Of a stretch of 64,000 bases of DNA, positions 29,563-39,561 are shown in pieces. This DNA comes from Nitrosomonas sp. Its GTDB lineage: Bacteria > Pseudomonadota > Gammaproteobacteria > Burkholderiales > Nitrosomonadaceae. The DNA lies in NCBI RefSeq assembly GCF_019752095.1, contig NZ_JAIEMO010000030.1, positions 1,144 through 65,143 on the forward strand. The letters are read 5' to 3'. Every line of letters starts with the position of its first letter. Position 1 is the stretch's first letter. The notes beneath the pieces were generated by a model that was not told where the DNA came from, made no database searches, and worked only from the letters and a program-made list of their open reading frames with translations. The position numbers and the translations under genes are program-made.

Positions 29563-31140
29563 ATGACTGACTTAATCCATGATCTGATTTTTGAAGCTGC
29601 AGAACGAGCGCCAGATTCTGAAGCGCTGTCATATCAAGGTCAGCGTATGTGCTATGCCATGTTGGCTGGGCATGTTGAAGCAAAAGCGGGTGGTTTCCGG
29701 GAGCTCGGCTTAGATCGTGGTGAGCGGGTTGCGGTATATCTCGAGAAACGTTTTGAGACTGTTATTGCATTATTTGCTGCCGCTGCGACGGGAGGTATTT
29801 TTGTTCCGGTCAATCCGGTATTGAAACCGGAACAAGTCGCTTTTATTTTAATTGACTGCGACGCGCGAGTATTGGTGACGTCGTTGGAGCGGTTAAAATT
29901 GTTGCAAACTATTTTATTGTCTTGCCATGATCTGCGCGTGGTTGTGGTGGTCGATGCAAAAGACGAGCTTCCGGTTATTGCCGGACTTGTCATTGTTAGT
30001 TGGAATGAGGTTGACGGTGTCAATATAGCGACGCCAACTATCGATAGCGATATGGCAGCCATCATTTATACCTCTGGCAGCACCGGAAGACCCAAAGGAG
30101 TTGTGCTTTCGCACCGAAATCTGGTTGCCGGCGCTAAAAGTGTGATGCAGTACTTGCGGAATCGATCTGACGATCGAATTTTGATTGCGCTTCCGCTGAG
30201 TTTTGATTATGGATTGAATCAACTGACGACTGCTTTTTATGTAGGTGCGACAAGTATTTTGATGAATTATTTATTGCCACGGGATATTGTTGCTATCGTC
30301 AAAGATCAGCAGATTACCGGATTAGCTGCTGTGCCGCCATTATGGATTCAACTTGCGCAACTGAATTGGGGAAAAGCACCTTCGTTGCGCTACATTACCA
30401 ATTCAGGCGGTGCCATACCGCGTAGGACGCTGGATCAATTGCGCAATGCCTTACCGGAGGCACAAATTTTTTTGATGTATGGCTTTACCGAAGCTTTTCG
30501 TTCAACATATTTGGAGCCAGATGAGATCAGCCGGCGTCCTGATTCAATCGGTAAAGCGATACCGAATGCCGAAGTGCTGGTGTTGCGGGAAGATGGTTCG
30601 CATTGTGCGCCGGGTGAGCCCGGAGAATTGGTGCATCGGGGCGTTCAGGTTGGGATGGGTTATTGGAATGATGCGGAAAAAACCGTAACATGCTTTAAAC
30701 CCATTAAACCCCGCCAAGCTGGATTGATGCTCACTGAGATTGCTGCGTGGTCGGGTGATACTGTGTATAAGGATGAAGAAGGATTCTTGTACTTTGTCGA
30801 GCGCCGTGACGAAATGATTAAAACTTCGGGGTATCGCGTCAGTCCAACCGAAATTGAAGAAGTTCTCTATACCACGGAATGTGTCGCTGAGGCAGTCGCT
30901 TTTGGCATTCCGCATCCGATTCTAGGACAAGCAATCGCTGTAATCGTGACTGCCAGGAAAGGCATTCAGTTAGATATCGAAATTTTGTTAAGTGTATGCA
31001 AGAAACAACTACCCGCATATATGGTGCCAAATCATTTCGAAGTGCGCGAAGGTAACTTGCCGCGCAATCCTAACGGAAAAATAGACCGTAAATTTCTTTC
31101 TCAGCAATTACAGCTATTATTTGGTAAAAGCGATCCATGA
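29563..31140 (+). CDS. Acyl-CoA ligase (AMP-forming), exosortase A system-associated type
   Basis: YTSGSTGRPKG, YGFTEAFRSTY, IKTSGYRVSPTEIEE and LPRNPNGK; ATGA coupling to the decarboxylase as in PEP-CTERM loci. Confidence 0.85.
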   Translation: MTDLIHDLIFEAAERAPDSEALSYQGQRMCYAMLAGHVEAKAGGFRELGLDRGERVAVYLEKRFETVIALFAAAATGGIFVPVNPVLKPEQVAFILIDCDARVLVTSLERLKLLQTILLSCHDLRVVVVVDAKDELPVIAGLVIVSWNEVDGVNIATPTIDSDMAAIIYTSGSTGRPKGVVLSHRNLVAGAKSVMQYLRNRSDDRILIALPLSFDYGLNQLTTAFYVGATSILMNYLLPRDIVAIVKDQQITGLAAVPPLWIQLAQLNWGKAPSLRYITNSGGAIPRRTLDQLRNALPEAQIFLMYGFTEAFRSTYLEPDEISRRPDSIGKAIPNAEVLVLREDGSHCAPGEPGELVHRGVQVGMGYWNDAEKTVTCFKPIKPRQAGLMLTEIAAWSGDTVYKDEEGFLYFVERRDEMIKTSGYRVSPTEIEEVLYTTECVAEAVAFGIPHPILGQAIAVIVTARKGIQLDIEILLSVCKKQLPAYMVPNHFEVREGNLPRNPNGKIDRKFLSQQLQLLFGKSDP

Positions 31141-32372
31141 CCAATCCATTGTTGGAACATGCGCCACTTATACCGTTTTCTGTGCAGCACGATTGTTTAC
31201 AGATAGGTGGGATGGCATTGACTCGATTGGCCGATCGCGTGGGTACGACACCATTTTATGCATATGACCGGCAAAAAATCACCGAACGGATTGAGCTGCT
31301 GCGCCAGCATTTGCCGCAAGAGGTCTTGTTGCACTATGCGATAAAAGCTAACCCCATGCCGGCTGTGGTACAACATTTGGCAAGCTTAGTCGATGGGCTG
31401 GATATTGCTTCAATAGGAGAGATGAGGGTTGCGCTGGATACAATCCTTACTCCTGACAAGATAAGTTTTGCGGGGCCTGGGAAAAAGGTGCACGAGTTGC
31501 GCAGCGCGATTGCTGCAGGCGTGATTCTCAATGCCGAGTCGGAGCAGGAAATGGAGTCAATTGCAAAGCTAGGAATAGATTTAGGCATCACTCCCAAAAT
31601 TGCTATTCGTATTAATCCGGATTTTGAGCTCAAATCTTCCGGGATGAAAATGAGTGGCGGGCCAAAACCATTCGGCATAGATGCCGAGCGTGTGCCCGAT
31701 TTGCTGGTGCGGTTGGGATTTCTCGGTTTAGATTTCGTTGGATTTCATATTTTTAGCGGTTCACAGAATCTGAATGCGACCGCAATTCAGGAAGCGCATG
31801 AAAAAACTATCCAACTTGTTATTGAACTTGCTGAATATGCACCATCACCTGTGAAGCTGCTAAACATCGGTGGCGGTTTTGGAGTACCTTATTTTTCTGG
31901 TGATCGACCGCTGGATATTGCTGCGATTGGTGTTAATTTACAGTGCCTGATGAAAAGAGTAAAACAGCAGTTACCGCATACCACCGTTGCACTTGAATTG
32001 GGGCGATATCTGGTTGCCGAAGCAGGCATTTATGTTTGCCGCGTTTTAGAGCGGAAAATGTCGCGAGGGCAAGTCTTTCTCGTGACAGATGGCGGACTAC
32101 ATCATCATTTAGCGGCTTCCGGAAATTTAGGCCAAGTGATCCGCAAAAACTATCCTGTCATTATCGGCAATAAAGTTCAAGGCGTTGCAAGAGAGATTGT
32201 TTCAGTAGTGGGGCCGCTATGCACGCCGCTAGATTTGTTGGCGGATCAAATGCAAATGACCCAGGCATCCGTGAATGATCTGGTGGTTGTTTTGCAATCT
32301 GGGGCTTATGGTTTGAGCGCCAGTCCGACAGCTTTTCTTGATCATCCTCCGCCGGTTGAGGTGTTGGTTTAA
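31137..32372 (+). CDS. PLP-dependent decarboxylase (group IV), exosortase A system-associated type
   Basis: HYAIKAN PLP lysine, HIFSGSQ, NIGGGFG, ELGRY, GPLCTPLD and GAYG. Confidence 0.87.
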   Translation: MTNPLLEHAPLIPFSVQHDCLQIGGMALTRLADRVGTTPFYAYDRQKITERIELLRQHLPQEVLLHYAIKANPMPAVVQHLASLVDGLDIASIGEMRVALDTILTPDKISFAGPGKKVHELRSAIAAGVILNAESEQEMESIAKLGIDLGITPKIAIRINPDFELKSSGMKMSGGPKPFGIDAERVPDLLVRLGFLGLDFVGFHIFSGSQNLNATAIQEAHEKTIQLVIELAEYAPSPVKLLNIGGGFGVPYFSGDRPLDIAAIGVNLQCLMKRVKQQLPHTTVALELGRYLVAEAGIYVCRVLERKMSRGQVFLVTDGGLHHHLAASGNLGQVIRKNYPVIIGNKVQGVAREIVSVVGPLCTPLDLLADQMQMTQASVNDLVVVLQSGAYGLSASPTAFLDHPPPVEVLV

Positions 32373-32757
32373 TACAATTTGCAGTGAGAATTATGATTTG
32401 ATCTGCAGGTAATCTGAACAATCCACTTCGATAAAATTCTTTGCACTGAATTTAAATGTTGTTTATTGTGCACAAGCTTGAATCATTTGTAAATTTCTAC
32501 GATAAATCGAAAAAGACCAGTTGAATATTCGCTTTAAATATACTTAAATGACCAGTGCAATTGAATATGCGTTACTTATAAAGGTGGGAAAGTGTTTGTA
32601 TCGTGCCAGTAAAATAGAAAATACACTGTGGTTATTGCGTTTTATTACTAATGAAATATCGTAAATGTGATGTATGGTGTCGGCTCGTGCTATTAACTAA
32701 TTCATTATCGTATTAATTTTTGAATAATTACGAATTTCTTTAAAAATGTAATTAAAT

Positions 32758-33567
32758 GTGAATACGGTAAATTTTAGAACTAAACTGGGTGATTCTATGA
32801 GTGATTTGTATCAAAACTTTCAGAAATTTTTTGAACTTGTTGTCGCTGATACCGCTGAGCTGCTGGAACATGTTTATAAAATTCGCTATCAGGTATTGTG
32901 TGTTGAACAACGTTTGCCTGGCTTTGATCCGATGCTGTGTCCGGATCAGAAGGAAATGGATAGTTACGATAGTCACTCATCACACATTCTTTTGCGTTAT
33001 CGTCCTTCCGGGGCATATATTGGCACCGTACGACTGATTTTGCCTGACTCATCCAGGCCCGAGAAGCTTCTGCCGGTAGAGTTGTATGGACAACTGGATC
33101 CAACACTATGTGATGTCAAAGCGTTGCCTCGCCAACATACTGCTGAAATTTCACGTTTCCTGGTTATCAGTCAGTTTGATCGGCGTAGGGGGGATCGTCG
33201 CAAGCAAAACGAAGAAATCGACGGGGAAAAAAGAGAAGTGCAAGATCGGCGTTCATCTGATCGTCGTTCTTCGCTTAGTATTGGATTGGTGCTTATGGCG
33301 GGCGTCATGCGCATGTCAGTCAAATATAACATCAGACATTGGTTGTCCGTAGCAGATCCAGCGCTAAATAAATTGATGGGTTTTTATGGTTTGAGCTTTA
33401 ATCCAATTGGCCCCCAGGTTGATTATCACGGTATTCGTCGGCCTTATTATGTGAAAGTAGAGGAAGCTTTGGAAAGAATGTATGCAGAACACCGAGACGC
33501 ATGGGAGGTTGTGACTGGTAACGGTGAATATAGCCTTGATCATTACTCACTAATGGAACATCCTTAA
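32758..33567 (+). CDS. PEP-CTERM/exosortase-associated acyltransferase (FeeM/N-acyl amino acid synthase-like)
   Basis: YKIRYQVLCVE, EMDSYDSHS, GTVRLI, AEISRF and VDYHGIRRPY; start may be the ATG at 32797. Confidence 0.82.
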   Translation: MNTVNFRTKLGDSMSDLYQNFQKFFELVVADTAELLEHVYKIRYQVLCVEQRLPGFDPMLCPDQKEMDSYDSHSSHILLRYRPSGAYIGTVRLILPDSSRPEKLLPVELYGQLDPTLCDVKALPRQHTAEISRFLVISQFDRRRGDRRKQNEEIDGEKREVQDRRSSDRRSSLSIGLVLMAGVMRMSVKYNIRHWLSVADPALNKLMGFYGLSFNPIGPQVDYHGIRRPYYVKVEEALERMYAEHRDAWEVVTGNGEYSLDHYSLMEHP

Positions 33568-33583
33568 GTTAGGGATTTGTTTC

Positions 33584-34066
33584 TTGAACTTATTTCATCT
33601 TTTAATACAAGCTCGAATATCAGGCTTTTTGTCAAGAGCCAGATCATACTTTTGGTTTGTGATATTTGTCGGCCTTCTAGGTGTTAAGGCTGATGTCAGG
33701 GCGAATGATCATTTTGAGATTGTGACCAATCCGAGTGTCAGTGAAGTGGCGCTTTCGGTTAACTCATTGCGCTCCATTTTTAGTATGAGCCTGAAAACTT
33801 GGCCGAATGGAACCAAGATTCGGGTATTCGTGCTGTCCGATGATGATCAATTGCATAAAGCGGTTTCGAAGGGAAAATTGAATGTATTTCCTTATCAGTT
33901 AAGGTCTACCTGGGATCGTTTAGTATTTTCGGGTACGGGTCAGGCGCCTGTCAGAGTTAATTCAATAGAAGAGATGCTTGACAAAGTTGCCAATACCCCA
34001 GGGGCGATAGGTTATTTGTGGAGAGCCAATATTAATGAAAATGTTAACGTGCTCCAGATTAAATAG
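33584..34066 (+). CDS. Small periplasmic binding protein-like (PBP2/PstS-like) protein
   Basis: Signal peptide; LRSIFSM...WPNG, W.RLVFSG.GQAP and VANTPGAIGY pattern. Confidence 0.75.
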   Translation: MNLFHLLIQARISGFLSRARSYFWFVIFVGLLGVKADVRANDHFEIVTNPSVSEVALSVNSLRSIFSMSLKTWPNGTKIRVFVLSDDDQLHKAVSKGKLNVFPYQLRSTWDRLVFSGTGQAPVRVNSIEEMLDKVANTPGAIGYLWRANINENVNVLQIK

Positions 34067-35450
34067 CTACTTTGGCAATCTATCCAAATGGGTTGCCAAG
34101 GGGGTTATTTTGTTATTTGCGATTGGAAGTATTTCTGCTCAAGCTCAGGAGTCTCCAGCGCAAAAACAATCTGAATTGATCAAGCCGCTTAATAAAAGGC
34201 TGAAAAGTACAGACTTACTTGCTCAAGTTACCGAGACTGAGGTCAGTAGTGTCACCGAAAAACCCGGACTGGTAAGTACTGCGATGCAATGGTTACGTTC
34301 GACAGACCGCCCAGGGGATTTGCAGTTTCATGGTTTCGTCAGTCAGGCCTACATTACGACTTCCGATAATAATGTTTTTGGAAATAGTGATAATGGCGGC
34401 AGCTTCGGGCTTACAGAAGCTGGGCTCAATGCTTCGGTGCGACCACTCCCGAGACTGCAATTGTCGGCGCAGGTGTTGTCACGTCGTGCTGGTGAAGGAA
34501 ATTCGGGTGAGCCGCGCCTTGATTATGCTATTCTCGACTATCAGTTGTATGCTCACGAAGCAAACCAATTTGGTATTCGAGTGGGTCGATTGAAGAATCC
34601 CTTCGGTTTTTATAATGAAACACGGGATGTGGCATTTACGCGTCCCAGCATCCTGTTGCCACAGTCGATCTATTTTGATCGAACTCGAAATTTGGGACTT
34701 TCAAGTGATTCGGTGCAACTCTATGGTGATACCTCGGTGTTTGATTGGGGTACATTTTCTGCCCAATTTGGCGTAACGTTGCCAGTTGTAGATGATAAGG
34801 ACACTGAAAGTTCGCTTCTTGGTAGTGTACGAAAAGGGCATTTAAATCGAGAAGTTTCGTATATTGGCCGTGGAATATTTGAGACGAATGACAAGCGTCT
34901 TCGTTTGGGTATCAGTGGAATATGGTTGAATACTTCCTACGATCCTAATAGCCGATTGAATGATCCCTTGGGACCAGGTGCATTGCAGTTTACGCCAGTG
35001 ATTTTTTCTGCCCAGTATAATGCAGAGCGGTGGACGTTGACTTCCGAATATGCGATACGTCCCTTCGACTATAATAATGGTTTTAGAACGCCGCCAGCCC
35101 CCCGGGGGCTCAACGGGATAGACATCGTTGGCGAGAGTTATTACTTCCAGGGTGAATATCGCTTTACTCCAAAATGGGAAGGTATTGTGCGGTATGATGC
35201 TCTATTTACTGATCGATCTGACCGAGACGGAAGTGAATTTGCAAAGCTTACTGGCGGAATATCTCATACACGTTTTGCCAAAGACATTACAGTGGGCTTA
35301 CGCTGGAATGTTACTCCGGCGTTCATGCTGCGCGCTGAATATCATTATGTGAATGGAACTGCTTGGCTATCAAGATTGGATAATCCATCGCCTTTAGCTA
35401 CAGAACAACACTGGCATCTATACGGGATTCTGGGTTCTTATCGTTTCTAG
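34035..35450 (+). CDS. Outer-membrane beta-barrel (porin-like) protein
   Basis: Signal peptide (AQA/QES); FHGFVSQAY, LDYA, RVGRLKNPFGFYNETRDV; alternating beta strands; C-terminal SYRF. Confidence 0.78.
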   Translation: MKMLTCSRLNSYFGNLSKWVAKGVILLFAIGSISAQAQESPAQKQSELIKPLNKRLKSTDLLAQVTETEVSSVTEKPGLVSTAMQWLRSTDRPGDLQFHGFVSQAYITTSDNNVFGNSDNGGSFGLTEAGLNASVRPLPRLQLSAQVLSRRAGEGNSGEPRLDYAILDYQLYAHEANQFGIRVGRLKNPFGFYNETRDVAFTRPSILLPQSIYFDRTRNLGLSSDSVQLYGDTSVFDWGTFSAQFGVTLPVVDDKDTESSLLGSVRKGHLNREVSYIGRGIFETNDKRLRLGISGIWLNTSYDPNSRLNDPLGPGALQFTPVIFSAQYNAERWTLTSEYAIRPFDYNNGFRTPPAPRGLNGIDIVGESYYFQGEYRFTPKWEGIVRYDALFTDRSDRDGSEFAKLTGGISHTRFAKDITVGLRWNVTPAFMLRAEYHYVNGTAWLSRLDNPSPLATEQHWHLYGILGSYRF

Positions 35451-35461
35451 GCAGGTTTCTG

Positions 35462-38362
35462 ATGGAAACTAATTCCGGGGTTAAATTGGAAAAAGCGTCT
35501 ATTGTAATGAATCATCATGGCCGCAGGTTCCGCAGCCTGAGATGGAAAATTTCATTCAGCAGCAGTTTGATATTGCTGGCCGTTGTGATGCTGTTTTGTT
35601 TTGTTAGCTATCTGAGTTTGATGGCTAATTTTGACAATCAGCGAGAGGATGATTACCGACGGTATTCCAGAGAAGTCAACAGTTTGATCCAGAATACTAC
35701 GCAGAATTTATATCAGCTTGCTGAAATGATTCCGTTTCTGGATGGCATGAAAAAAGCTTTGCTGTTGAATGACGCGGAAACTATTAGCAATATTTTTGAT
35801 GCGCATTGGGCGTTGCTGCAATTTCATAATAGTGTTGAATTTATTCATTTCTATAACCCATCGAATCAACTGAGCGCCAGTTGGGATAGTTTGGCTGCCA
35901 ATATTGATGATGGTATTTTACTGTCGGATTGGGTGCGCCAGGTTAATCAATCCGAACGGCCGATAAATCCGTTACTCTGCCGGGAAAATTGTATCCAATA
36001 CATAGTTGCACCTTTGCTGGTAGCGGGAAAGAAAGCGGGTGTCGTCGTCATGGGAATTTCCTTGGCAGATGTGCTTTTAGCTTTTAAGCGATTATCCGGT
36101 GCCGATATGGGGTTGTTGGTCAAGGAGCCGGATAGTTTGCAAAATGACGATTCTGATTTCTTGTATTGGAATATCTATATTTCAGCACTGACCAACAAAG
36201 AAAGAAATCTTGAGATTCTCAAAAAATCTGCTCAAAATCATAAAGATATGACTGAACTCAATGATGGCGTTCAGGTTCGTTGGAATGATCAGTATTTTCA
36301 ATTAAAAGTATTTCCACTCAATTCATATGAGCCAGATAAAGCTCATTTGGTCATCATAACGGATGTTACGGCTGCAGTAATTAATATTCATGATTCCATC
36401 TGGAAAATTGCATTAATCGGTTTGCTTGGACTAGTTTGCTCTGAGATTTTATTATTTTTTATTTTTACCAGGCTATTGGCAAAGCTCAAAGATGTCGCGT
36501 TTGTACTCCCACTTCTTGCCAACGGACAGTTTGAGAAATTCCGCTTATCGCTGGCCTCTACAGGTCGTGTGCAACGTTTTCGAGATGAGGTCGATACGTT
36601 GTCGGAAGCGGCTGTGTCTTTATCGCTGCAGCTGGAAAAACTACAGCAGGAAGTATCAAGCCGTACCGCAATGCTTATTGAACAAAAGAATGCACTCAGT
36701 AAAGAAAGAGATTTTGTGAAGAATTTACTAGATACTGCGCAGGCGATTGTATTAACACAGGATTCTGACGGTGAAGTTATGTCATTAAACGCTTATGGAG
36801 AGATGCTAACTCGTTATTCGGAGGGTGAATTATTTGGTAAATCTTTTCTGGATATCTTAATTCCGGATTATGAGTTGCATGATCTACTTTTCCACATTCA
36901 AGAAGTTCATACCGGGCAGAGGATGCAATTGCGCCATGAGGCTATTACACATTGTAAAGATGGAACAACACGTCATGTCGCTTGGCTGCATTCTCATTTG
37001 CCCTGGAACTCCCCCGGTGAGCCGTCAATTTTATCAGTCGGTCTGGATGTTACCGAATATAAGCGGGTTGAAGGGCATTTAGCTTGGCTAGCTGATCATG
37101 ATCCATTGACTAATTTGTATAACCGGCGCCGTTTTAGTGAAGAGTTGGAGCAGGTGCTTAGTCGGGCTGAACGGTATAACCACCCAGGTGCGTTGTTATT
37201 TTTTGATTTGGATCGCTTTAAGTATATCAATGATACCAGTGGGCACCAAGCCGGCGACACGTTGCTTAAAATGGTTTCGAGCATGCTGGCGCAAAACATT
37301 AGAGCGGATGACATTACAGGGCGTCTGGGGGGCGACGAGTTTGCGATTATTTTGCCGGAAATTAATGCTAATGGAGCGATAGGCGTCGCCAAGAAGGTAT
37401 TGGATCAACTGAGCTTGGCACAATTAACAATCAATAACCGTACCCATAAAATTTCAGCCAGCATCGGGATTGCATTATTTCCCGAACATGGCGCCAATAT
37501 ACATGATTTGCTGGCGGCGGCTGATCTTGCCATGTATCAGGCAAAAGCGATGGGGCGGAATGCCTGGTACTTGTTTACGGATAAAGACAGCAGCCGCGAA
37601 CGCATTCATACGTTGGTGTATTGGAAAGAGAAGATCGAGTACTCGCATGTACATGATAATTTCATATTGTATTTACAACCGATTATGCATATTAAATCGA
37701 AAGAAATTTCACATTATGAGGTATTGCTGCGAATGCAGGACATCGATGGCACGGTGCTCTCACCCGCAGACTTTATCCCCGCTGCAGAGCATACTGGGTT
37801 AATTCATGCAATTGATCATATGGTATTGCGCAAAGCCATAGCGCAAGTGGCTGAAATTTACCAGGCTGGATTTAAAGTTAATTTTTCGATTAACCTGTCT
37901 GCGCATGCCTTCAATGATCCTGAATTGTTGCCTATACTTAAGACAGAATTGACGCTGCATGAAATGGACCCGGCATGTTTAATGTTTGAAATCACTGAAA
38001 CGGCAGCGCTTGAAGATTTGCCCGGAGCGCGCGGATTGATGGTGGAGATTATAGAATTAGGATGTGGTTTTGTGTTGGATGATTTTGGGGTCGGTTTTTC
38101 GTCATTTTATTATTTGCGGGAATTGCCGGTTAGTGTTGTCAAAATTGATGGTTCGTTTATACGTAACTTGACCGAAAACAGTGATGATCTTATTCTGGTG
38201 AATGCACTCTGCAGTGTTGCAAGAGGTTTTGGCAAAAAAATTACAGCTGAATTTGTCGAAAGCGCAGAAATACTTTCCTTAATAGAGAAATTGGATATCG
38301 ATTATGCTCAAGGGTATTACATAGGAAAGCCAGCACCTGCAAGTCAATTTCTGGGAAAATAG
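35462..38362 (+). CDS. Membrane sensor diguanylate cyclase/phosphodiesterase (periplasmic Cache-like, HAMP-like, PAS, GGDEF, EAL)
   Basis: Two TM helices flanking a ~270-aa periplasmic region; HDPLTNLYNR, RADD I-site, GGDEF; EVLLR, FEITE, DDFG, KIDGSF and QGYY. Confidence 0.9.
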   Translation: METNSGVKLEKASIVMNHHGRRFRSLRWKISFSSSLILLAVVMLFCFVSYLSLMANFDNQREDDYRRYSREVNSLIQNTTQNLYQLAEMIPFLDGMKKALLLNDAETISNIFDAHWALLQFHNSVEFIHFYNPSNQLSASWDSLAANIDDGILLSDWVRQVNQSERPINPLLCRENCIQYIVAPLLVAGKKAGVVVMGISLADVLLAFKRLSGADMGLLVKEPDSLQNDDSDFLYWNIYISALTNKERNLEILKKSAQNHKDMTELNDGVQVRWNDQYFQLKVFPLNSYEPDKAHLVIITDVTAAVINIHDSIWKIALIGLLGLVCSEILLFFIFTRLLAKLKDVAFVLPLLANGQFEKFRLSLASTGRVQRFRDEVDTLSEAAVSLSLQLEKLQQEVSSRTAMLIEQKNALSKERDFVKNLLDTAQAIVLTQDSDGEVMSLNAYGEMLTRYSEGELFGKSFLDILIPDYELHDLLFHIQEVHTGQRMQLRHEAITHCKDGTTRHVAWLHSHLPWNSPGEPSILSVGLDVTEYKRVEGHLAWLADHDPLTNLYNRRRFSEELEQVLSRAERYNHPGALLFFDLDRFKYINDTSGHQAGDTLLKMVSSMLAQNIRADDITGRLGGDEFAIILPEINANGAIGVAKKVLDQLSLAQLTINNRTHKISASIGIALFPEHGANIHDLLAAADLAMYQAKAMGRNAWYLFTDKDSSRERIHTLVYWKEKIEYSHVHDNFILYLQPIMHIKSKEISHYEVLLRMQDIDGTVLSPADFIPAAEHTGLIHAIDHMVLRKAIAQVAEIYQAGFKVNFSINLSAHAFNDPELLPILKTELTLHEMDPACLMFEITETAALEDLPGARGLMVEIIELGCGFVLDDFGVGFSSFYYLRELPVSVVKIDGSFIRNLTENSDDLILVNALCSVARGFGKKITAEFVESAEILSLIEKLDIDYAQGYYIGKPAPASQFLGK

Positions 38363-38385
38363 TGATTTCAGTAATGTAGTGGTTC

Positions 38386-39477
38386 ATGTGTAACAATTGG
38401 CATAGCTTATTCGACAGACATCTATCCAGAAGAATGGTAAATCAATGGAACGATATCAGCGCGAGATCCCGCAACGGTAGAGTTTTTCGAGTCATGCTGA
38501 CCGTGTTGGCGTTCTTGTTTATTCATCCGGTGTTTGCGGATAAGGTTAACGGTATTTTCTCTGTACAACAGTCTTGCCCAGCCTTCCTTTCAAAAAATAA
38601 ATCGACCAATCCGGATAACGCACAAATTTTGGCGGGTAATCAGTACGAGATTATCGAGGTTATCAATCCAAATCACCCTGTCTGGTATCGAGTTGTCATA
38701 CCTAATGTAAATCCTAAAGCACGATGGGTAAGTGCGGCATGCGGTCAGGCACATTTATCAGGCCAAAGTGCGAAAGTTAACAGAAGTGGCGAGGGAGGTA
38801 ATGGCTGTAATGTTGCAGGTGAGGCGGATAGCTATGTGCTGGCACTGTCTTGGCAGCCTGCTTTCTGTGAAACTAAATCAGACAAACCGGAATGTAAAAT
38901 TTCAGATCCGCATGCTTATCAAGCCAGGCATTTTGCGTTACATGGTTTATGGCCGAACAAAAAAAACTGTAATAAAAATTATGCATTTTGCGGTTCAGTA
39001 AAAAAAAAGGAAGATGAGTTTTGTGATTATCCGGTCGTACAATTGGGTACCGCGTCTCAAGTATCACTGGCCGAAGTAATGCCCAGTGTGGTGGCTGGTT
39101 CTTGTCTGGAGCGGCATCAGTGGCATAAGCATGGTACTTGTCAGGGAAACTGGTCAGTGAGTGAATTTTTTGAGGTATCTGTTGATTTGGCTCGGCAATT
39201 TAATGATTCTGGCATGGCTTATTTTATGAATCGCAGAATTGATCAACAGGTGCGTACCGAAGATTTTCTCAATCGCTTGGGAGTGGTCTTGGGTTCTGCT
39301 GCCAGAGACCGAATTAAACTGGATTGTAATCGGCAAGGAATGCTAATGGAAATTCAGTTGAGTTTGTCAGCTGAGTTAATCCCAGGTGCTGATCTTGAAA
39401 AGCTGATCATGGATGCGCCAGTGCAAGAAAAATCCAATTGTGGAGAAACTTTCCGCGTTGATCGCATTGGGCAATAA
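38386..39477 (+). CDS. Secreted ribonuclease T2 family protein with N-terminal extra domain
   Basis: LALSWQPAFC, LHGLWP (CAS I) and HQWHKHGTC (CAS II); signal peptide suggests a start near 38494. Confidence 0.88.
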   Translation: MCNNWHSLFDRHLSRRMVNQWNDISARSRNGRVFRVMLTVLAFLFIHPVFADKVNGIFSVQQSCPAFLSKNKSTNPDNAQILAGNQYEIIEVINPNHPVWYRVVIPNVNPKARWVSAACGQAHLSGQSAKVNRSGEGGNGCNVAGEADSYVLALSWQPAFCETKSDKPECKISDPHAYQARHFALHGLWPNKKNCNKNYAFCGSVKKKEDEFCDYPVVQLGTASQVSLAEVMPSVVAGSCLERHQWHKHGTCQGNWSVSEFFEVSVDLARQFNDSGMAYFMNRRIDQQVRTEDFLNRLGVVLGSAARDRIKLDCNRQGMLMEIQLSLSAELIPGADLEKLIMDAPVQEKSNCGETFRVDRIGQ

Positions 39478-39561
39478 CCCTCATCCAAGGAAAAGCAAAA
39501 ATTATCCACTGCAGATTCCAAGTTTAATCCCGATATCTACGGAAGATTAAACTAGATTTAG

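Noticed and set aside
27975-32372. Functional link between gltX/tRNA-Glu and the ligase-decarboxylase pair (tRNA-dependent Glu donation)
   Set aside because: gltX with tRNA-Ala/Glu is an ordinary housekeeping arrangement, and the ligase has its own adenylation domain; adjacency is probably coincidental.
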